Source of the DNA: Bacillota bacterium
GTDB lineage: Bacteria; Bacillota; Clostridia; Oscillospirales; Ruminococcaceae
Assembly: GCA_023395435.1 (NCBI GenBank)
Contig: JAEWZG010000061.1
Coordinates: 14,296 to 78,295, forward strand
DNA length: 64,000 nt
Direction: 5' to 3'
Part shown: positions 58,306-64,000 of the stretch, one piece after another
Layout of the letters: each line of letters begins with the position of its first letter
Position numbering within the stretch: position 1 is the first letter of the stretch
Translations under genes and position numbers: made by a program
The notes under the pieces: model-generated
What the model saw: the letters and a program-made list of their open reading frames with translations, nothing else
What the model was told of the DNA's origin: nothing
The model's database searches: none

Positions 58306-58367
58306 TACGTCGCCTTGAACAGTATCCTATAATCTGAATTGTTTTACCATAATTATACTACATCACT

Positions 58368-58413
58368 TTTTAGATGTAAAGATAAAGGCCACATCAGATA
58401 AAACTGTGTGACC
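58368..58413 (-). repeat. 46-nt cassette-end element E2
   Basis: Copy of E1/E3, directly downstream of the 67-aa ORF. Confidence 0.8.
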
Positions 58414-58425
58414 TTACTTAATGCA

Positions 58426-58629
58426 TTAATCAATGATATCTGCAATATACAATGGGATATTAACATCTATTCTGTTTCTTAAACATTCCATATGGCAAAA
58501 TAGCTGTTGTTCTTGCTGTAAATCTTGTCGTTTATCCCAGTTTGACAATACCACCAGTGATGTAATATCAATATCATTAGATTCTATATGCTGACCACAA
58601 AAACAGCATTTATATTTCTGACTGTTCAT
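58426..58629 (-). CDS. Small CxxC...HxxC zinc-ribbon-like protein
   Basis: 67 aa (KCCFCGQHI...FCHMEC). A single-gene unit between elements E3 and E2. Confidence 0.45.
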   Translation of the reverse strand: MNSQKYKCCFCGQHIESNDIDITSLVVLSNWDKRQDLQQEQQLFCHMECLRNRIDVNIPLYIADIID

Positions 58630-58706
58630 TCACTAGCACCTCACTTCCATCCATAATTTTTACTTAGTCTGTCTAATAAGCATTTCCAACATTATAATAT
58701 ATAGCT

Positions 58707-58752
58707 TTTGAGATGTAAAGAAAAAGGCCACATCAGATAAAACTGTGTGACC
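58707..58752 (-). repeat. 46-nt cassette-end element E3
   Basis: Copy of E1/E2, directly downstream of the 125-aa immunity candidate. Confidence 0.8.
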
Positions 58753-58765
58753 TAGTTTTATTAAT

Positions 58766-59143
58766 TTATACCCTTTTCACTTCCACCTGCTGACAAAGTA
58801 TAGAAACATCTATTGGACCACCTTGAATTTTGAATAAGTAATACTCATCGCTCTCAGGAATAGCTGGGCTATCTGAAAATGAAAATGAATAGTTCATTTT
58901 TTCAAATTTCAAGCTTACATCATCTTTTTCAAGTTTGAAAGAACTAACGTCTAGAACTAAACATGGCAATGTTTCTTCATTTGGCTCAAACGTAGTATGA
59001 TAATTAAATGCAAATATATTTTTACAGTATATTTCACCTACATCATTTCCATTCGAAGAATTATAGAATTCAAATTTAATATCATTTTTCGACTCAACAA
59101 AAGCCATTTTATTTAGCATCACTTCGGTAAAAATATTCTCCAT
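58766..59143 (-). CDS. Candidate immunity protein of the main Rhs toxin
   Basis: 125 aa. RBS AGGTGG. Starts 21 nt after the toxin-frame stop. Confidence 0.55.
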   Translation of the reverse strand: MENIFTEVMLNKMAFVESKNDIKFEFYNSSNGNDVGEIYCKNIFAFNYHTTFEPNEETLPCLVLDVSSFKLEKDDVSLKFEKMNYSFSFSDSPAIPESDEYYLFKIQGGPIDVSILCQQVEVKRV

Positions 59144-59164
59144 ACCTAACCACCTATCTACTAA

Positions 59165-61354
59165 TTATTTACCTGGTTTTGGAGGTAAGAATGTTCCGTC
59201 TCCAATTGTATCAACAAATTCCCCAGTGTTGTGTCCTCCATTAGGTACAGGAGTCCCATCCCACTGATATCTTACAGTTATCTTTCTTGAGTTATCTGGC
59301 AACCACTCTTTTTTTGTTGTTATTATTTCTCCATTAGGTCTGATATCTACCCTCATCCCATCATCACGCATATATGTTACATAACCGCCTTCTGAAGTAC
59401 CATTACATCTATAGCCTTTATTCAGTAAGTCATTATGAAGGTCTACACGATTCTTCGGAATTGCATTAACAGTCTTAGGCGTTCCCTCAGTAACCGATTT
59501 CGGCAACTTAACAGCTGGCTCAAGCCTATCTTGAACTTTAAGTAATTTACTTGCATTACAATCCGCTTTTGCAGCTTTCGATATAGCTATCATTACTGCT
59601 AAATCAACAGTAATCCTACCAGATACATTACCTCTTTTATATGCGCTTCCATTAATAATATCATTATAAAAAGACTTCTTTATATTATTATAAGTACCAA
59701 CGCCCAAGTCTTTTAGCATCGCACCTTCGCTTACATATGGTAATACGTAATGTTGTTTATATTCCAAATAAACTTCACTAAGTTTATATGTATTATATGG
59801 AATATTTACTATATCAAATGGCAGTTCCACTATTCTTTGCATAGAGCCTATTGTAAATCCTCTTCTATAATTGCTTACATCTTTTAGGCTCGCATTTTAT
59901 CCCATAACATTTAATGCCTGAGAATAACTATTGTCCTTTGGAGCATAAATTACATCAATAACATCCATTGCAGGACTATCATTAAATTTTTCTAATGAAT
60001 CAGTTAAAAACTTTTTTGCTTTTTCAAACCAATGCCCACTCGGATCAATTAAATTAAGCGGATTGTTTCCACAATAAGCGTAAAGATTCTGTGTAAGTGG
60101 ATTCATTACATCGCCTTGAACAGTATCCTGAGTTAAGAATCTTCCTGTTGCAGGGTCATAATAACGTGCTCTTAAGTATTGGAGGCCAGTTATGTAGTCA
60201 TAACTCTCACCGTTATAACCATATGTGTTGAAGTTTGACCAACCAGATTCCCTCTGATTACCAAATTCATCATATTTATATGATACCATATTATAGCCAT
60301 ATTGTGAAGTTAAATTTGATACAGAGCCTCTTCCGTCATACATATAATAATCTTTTTCCCATGCATTTTCAGCGCTGTTCATGCCATTACCATATGTATA
60401 TGTTTTTGGGTTATAGCAACTTGCAGTTTCCTCTGCAAGAACCTGTGTATATTCGTTATTAACATCATTAACATAAGATGTTGCTTTATATTGTCCGTTC
60501 CAGTCGCCTGAATAATTGTTTGGAATATATACTCTGTCAGAAGGATGTGTATATGCATCCTTCATCAATCCATCAACAAATTCATTGAACTTATTATCAG
60601 TCTCGAACTTCTTTGATGGCAATTCACTATCACTATTACAGCCACCAGTATAAGTAAGTCTGCTGTTAAAGTCATTGTCATATTCCATCTGGTTATGATT
60701 ATGACAACCGAAATCTTCAAGTCCAAGTGTAAATACTCTATCTCCATTACCATCATAAAGAGCAGCCATCAAAAGTCTTCCGTTGCCTCTGATTGCTTAT
60801 AATCTGTTTTCAATAGTATAGTTATACTCTACAACTTTTGTACCATTGGTGTCAACTTTGACAAGATTACCGTTTACATCATATGTATATGCCTGATTGA
60901 ATCTACCTGCACTGTCAATAGTTTTTAGTCTGTCTGCTTCATCATAATTATATTTTGTAGTGTATTTATTATTGTTAATAGATTCATCCATCTGAATACG
61001 ATTGCCACAAGCATCATAAGCATATTTTACGTATTTTGTAGTTCCTTTTTGGGTTTCCTTAACAATTTCAAGTTCTCCTCTGCCATTATACCCATATTCA
61101 TTGACTACTTTAGTGTAATCCTGTTCAATTTCTTCTTTTGTAATATTTCCTAAAGAATCATATTCATACTGGAAACAAGAGATTACTCTGCCCCATTTTT
61201 CATAGTTGGTAAGTTTTGAAACCTGGTTAAGCTTGTTATATTCAGTTATCGTTTTTGTATCATTTGGTCTTATTGTCTGAGTAAGATTTCCTTTTTTGTC
61301 ATAGACATATAGATTCTCAATATCTTGTTGAACATTTGTTGAACATTTTATCAA
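59165..61354 (-). pseudogene. Rhs/YD-repeat toxin remnant: 5'-truncated core plus C-terminal toxin, with two in-frame TAA stops
   Basis: YD repeats (YEYDSLGNIT, YAYDACGNR, YTYDVNGNL), RYYDPATGRF and the core end NPLNLIDPSGH. Track ORFs 60797-61354, 59897-60772 and 59165-59842 are all in one frame, separated only by TAA 60799-60797 and TAA 59899-59897. The frame opens right after the tRNA-Thr terminator. Confidence 0.8.
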
Positions 61355-61356
61355 CT

Positions 61357-61400
61357 AAAAAATAATAGGCATCTGCAGAAGTCCTGCAAATGCCTATTTT
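61357..61400 (-). terminator. Terminator of tRNA-Thr
   Basis: AATAGGCATTTGCAG-gactt-CTGCAGATGCCTATT followed by a T-run on the - strand. Confidence 0.75.
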
Positions 61401-61413
61401 GCGTTGTTTTAAT

Positions 61414-61489
61414 TGGAGCTGTTAAGCAGATTCGAACTGCCGACCTCTTCCTTACCAAGGAAGTGCTCTGCCTACTGAGCTATAACAGC
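61414..61489 (-). tRNA. tRNA-Thr (anticodon GGU), CCA encoded
   Basis: Reverse complement GCTGTTA-TA-GCTCAGTAGGCAGAGC-A-CTTCC-TTGGTAA-GGAAG-AGGTC-GGCAG-TTCGAAT-CTGCT-TAACAGC-T-CCA. Confidence 0.92.
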
Positions 61490-61540
61490 ATATCACGATA
61501 TAATATTATATTATATCATTGATAAAAAGTCAATAATTAT

Positions 61541-62122
61541 TTATTTTTCTTCTAAGTAAAAAGTAGCTTCCATATCTGCTATATTTGTAGCAAGTGCAAG
61601 AGGAAACATCTCAAGCGCATTCCCTATGGAAATTTTGTTTTCTTCACCCGAAAAACCCATATGATATCTGATTGCAAATGCTTCTTCACGAGATAACCTC
61701 ATAAAGCCTGTTATTATATATACTGATTTTTCACCATGGCCGTATGGAAGAGTATCACTAAACTCAAAAGTGTCAACCTTTATCCACTTTCCGTCGTCAC
61801 CTTTTACATTCCTAAAGCTTGGTTTATATGTATTAATTTTGCATAAGTCATGTAACAACGCAACAACAGCAATTGTCTCATCGGAATATTTTAGGTTATA
61901 TGTATTTATTACCCTATCACTCTCAAGGTAAGCCTTAAGACAGTCATATACATTCAGGGAATGTTCACAAAGCCCACCTTTATACGAACCATGAAATCTT
62001 GTACTTGCCGGAGCTTCAAAAAAATCACAGTTCTTTGATGTCAAATACTCAAGTAGTTTATCGGCTCCATCTCTTTTAATATATGTATTATATATCTCTA
62101 AAAATCTTTCTTTAAAAGACAT
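61541..62122 (-). CDS. HD-domain phosphohydrolase
   Basis: 193 aa. H...HD (ALLHDLCK) metal-binding motifs. Confidence 0.7.
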   Translation of the reverse strand: MSFKERFLEIYNTYIKRDGADKLLEYLTSKNCDFFEAPASTRFHGSYKGGLCEHSLNVYDCLKAYLESDRVINTYNLKYSDETIAVVALLHDLCKINTYKPSFRNVKGDDGKWIKVDTFEFSDTLPYGHGEKSVYIITGFMRLSREEAFAIRYHMGFSGEENKISIGNALEMFPLALATNIADMEATFYLEEK

Positions 62123-62174
62123 AGTTACTCTCCCTATTATGTAAGTATATATCCAGATATATTATCTTCAGTTA

Positions 62175-62939
62175 TTATCTGCCACTAAATCTTTGGAGGA
62201 ACTGTTTAGTACGTTCGTTCTGAGTATTTCCAAACACTTCATCAGGTGTTCCCTCTTCAACAATTACGCCTTCATCCATAAATATAACGCGATCAGCAAC
62301 ATCACGTGCAAAAGCCATTTCATGCGTTACTATAACCATTGTCATTTTATCTTTTGCAAGATCTTTAATGACTTTCAATATCTCACCTGTAAGCTCTGGA
62401 TCGAGAGCACTGGTTGGTTCATCAAAGAAAAGTATCTCAGGATTTAAAGCAAGAGCTCTTGCTATTGAAACACGCTGTTGTTGCCCACCTGAAAGGTCGC
62501 AAGGATATGCGTTTACCTTATCACTCAGTCCCATTTTCTTAAGAAGTTTATCAGCTGTTTCATTTGCAATCTGTTTATTCTGTTTTAATACATCAACAGG
62601 AGCCTGAATTATGTTTTTTATAACACTCATATGTGGAAAAAGATTGAAATTCTGAAAAACAAGACCTATCTTTAAGCGTATTGCACGAAGAACCTTAGGT
62701 TCTGCATATTGAGGCTTATTGTTGTTATAGCCAACTATCATATCCATATCACAGACTTTTATCGTACCACCATTAACTTTTTCAAGTTGATTAATACATC
62801 TTAACAAAGTTGATTTGCCTGAGCCAGATGGACCAATTATCGCAATAACTTCACCAACATTAACATCAAATGAAATGTCCTTTAAGACTTTTGTTTTATT
62901 AAATTTTTTTGATATATTTCTTACTTCTAAAATAGCCAT
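62175..62939 (-). CDS. Polar amino-acid ABC transporter ATP-binding protein
   Basis: [38 protein letters not shown]. Confidence 0.92.
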   Translation of the reverse strand: MAILEVRNISKKFNKTKVLKDISFDVNVGEVIAIIGPSGSGKSTLLRCINQLEKVNGGTIKVCDMDMIVGYNNNKPQYAEPKVLRAIRLKIGLVFQNFNLFPHMSVIKNIIQAPVDVLKQNKQIANETADKLLKKMGLSDKVNAYPCDLSGGQQQRVSIARALALNPEILFFDEPTSALDPELTGEILKVIKDLAKDKMTMVIVTHEMAFARDVADRVIFMDEGVIVEEGTPDEVFGNTQNERTKQFLQRFSGR

Positions 62940-62950
62940 AATCTTACCTC

Positions 62951-63658
62951 TTATTTATAATAATTAAGTCTCTTCTCTGCAAACCAAAAAAATACCGTAA
63001 TAAATGAACACATTAAAAGATAAAAAGCTCCCGCTATAAATAAAGGTGTAAGACTTACATATAAATTTTTCTGCTGCGTAGCTATTACAAACAATTCATT
63101 AACAGCAATAATTGAAGCAAGAGAGGTATCCTTAACAAGTGTAATAACCTCATTCGATGTTGCAGGAAGCACTCTTTTTATAACCTGTGGAAGAATTATT
63201 TTAAAGAATGTCTGTTTCTTTGTAAAGCCAAGACTCGAGGCTGCTTCATACTGTCCCTTCGGTATTGATAAAATACCGCCTCTGAATATCTCGGCAAAAT
63301 ATGCTGCATAGTTAATTGAAAAAGCAACTATGATTGCAGTAAATCTATCCATATTTTCTATCTGGTAAGTATCAAAGAAATCTTTTAAAAATCCTGGAGG
63401 ATTCTGCTGAAGAGTTGGTATTGCAAAGAAAACAACAATAATCTGAAGCATTAGAGGAGTTCCGCGCATTATAAGTATGTAAAGATTAAGAAACCAAGAT
63501 AATGGCTTGCATTTCGACATTCTTCCTAATGCAACAAGCATACCAACAGGAATTGAAAACAATAATGTAAGTCCAAATATTTTTAAGGTTGTCCCTACAC
63601 CACTACTGAGTATATTTATAACTTTTGCATAATCCATTTTTAATACATCCCCATACAT
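62951..63658 (-). CDS. Polar amino-acid ABC transporter permease (HisM/GlnP type)
   Basis: EAA-like loop ([21 protein letters not shown]). The start may be the internal Met at 63637. Confidence 0.88.
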   Translation of the reverse strand: MYGDVLKMDYAKVINILSSGVGTTLKIFGLTLLFSIPVGMLVALGRMSKCKPLSWFLNLYILIMRGTPLMLQIIVVFFAIPTLQQNPPGFLKDFFDTYQIENMDRFTAIIVAFSINYAAYFAEIFRGGILSIPKGQYEAASSLGFTKKQTFFKIILPQVIKRVLPATSNEVITLVKDTSLASIIAVNELFVIATQQKNLYVSLTPLFIAGAFYLLMCSFITVFFWFAEKRLNYYK

Positions 63659-63737
63659 TTAATACTTTATCATTATAACGTAAAAAAGCGTGAAAGGCAA
63701 TAACTTTCACGCTTTGATAATCAGAAAAAATATCCAG

Positions 63738-64000
63738 TTATTTAACTGTTGTAACATCCTTGCCAAACCATTTATTTGATATTTCAGCAAGTTTTCCGTC
63801 ATTTTTCATTTCAATAAGTGTTGCTTCAATTTTGTCTTTTAAGGCATTTTCCCCTTTTCTAAAACCAATAACATACTGCTCTTCTTCAAGACCATCAGGA
63901 AGAACTACATAATCCTTATGATTAGCATTAATGAAATAATCAGCAACAACAACATCAAGGAATACAGCATCTACTGTCTTCATATCAAGTTCAACGAAGG
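63738..64000 (-). CDS. Amino-acid ABC transporter substrate-binding protein (N-terminus beyond window)
   Basis: C-terminal SBP family-3 sequence (...IGFRKGENALKDKIEATLIEMKNDGKLAEISNKWFG). The frame is open to the window edge. Confidence 0.8.
   Translation of the reverse strand, partial: FVELDMKTVDAVFLDVVVADYFINANHKDYVVLPDGLEEEQYVIGFRKGENALKDKIEATLIEMKNDGKLAEISNKWFGKDVTTVK

Larger units (their letters stand above)
52396..61413. mobile_element. Putative integrase-less genomic island 3 (AraC/ABC cassette plus Rhs remnants) in tRNA-Thr
   Basis: Bounded by the tRNA-Thr 3' end and its 42-nt remnant. No recombinase ORF seen. Confidence 0.5.

Noticed and set aside
56620-58752. Three copies of a 46-nt repeat considered as a possible CRISPR-like array.
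   Set aside because: There are only three copies, with very unequal spacing (about 1.7 kb and about 0.3 kb). The intervals contain protein-coding cassettes, and no cas genes are present. They fit cassette-end or terminator elements better.
57226-61354. Whether the in-frame TAA and TGA codons indicate an alternative genetic code or systematic stop-codon reassignment.
   Set aside because: About 60 housekeeping ORFs in the same window are uninterrupted and terminate normally at TAA, TGA or TAG. The in-frame stops are confined to the toxin remnants, so pseudogenisation (or at most local readthrough) is the better reading.
38560-61413. Searched the whole accessory interval for integrase, recombinase, transposase, relaxase or phage structural genes that would define a classical prophage or ICE.
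   Set aside because: No ORF shows tyrosine-recombinase (R..H.LRH...Y), serine-recombinase or DDE signatures. The islands are therefore reported as integrase-less, not as a prophage or ICE.

Overview
Low-GC Firmicutes (Clostridia-like, spore-former) chromosome. Positions 1-38.1 kb and 61.4-64 kb are conserved housekeeping backbone. It carries the divIVA/sepF cluster, hfq-miaA-mutL-mutS-miaB, dnaD/dnaI, tyrS with a Tyr T-box, recN-argR-nadK-tlyA-dxs-ispA-xseBA-nusB, a complete spoIIIAA-AH operon, a T-box-controlled iorAB-paaK operon, and an amino-acid ABC transporter. Positions 38.5-61.5 kb form an accessory region between tRNA-Leu(UAA) and a convergent tRNA-Thr(GGU). I see no integrase, transposase or CRISPR array in the window. 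Two islands sit in tandem behind tRNA-Leu, each ending in a 62-nt copy of the tRNA 3' part plus a shared 72-nt arm. Island 1 is a copper module with a two-component system, copZ, copA, a DUF2318-like gene and an HMA-TauE-cupredoxin fusion. Island 2 is a five-gene polymorphic-toxin operon resembling a T7SSb LXG/Lap system, but with the LXG-like targeting segment encoded as a separate small ORF. A third island, bounded by a tRNA-Thr 3' remnant, carries an AraC/ABC cassette flanked by 58-bp direct repeats. It also carries a decayed Rhs toxin locus: a 5'-truncated core and orphan toxin/immunity cassettes, inactivated only by in-frame stop codons. All family names are from reading the translations, not from database searches.
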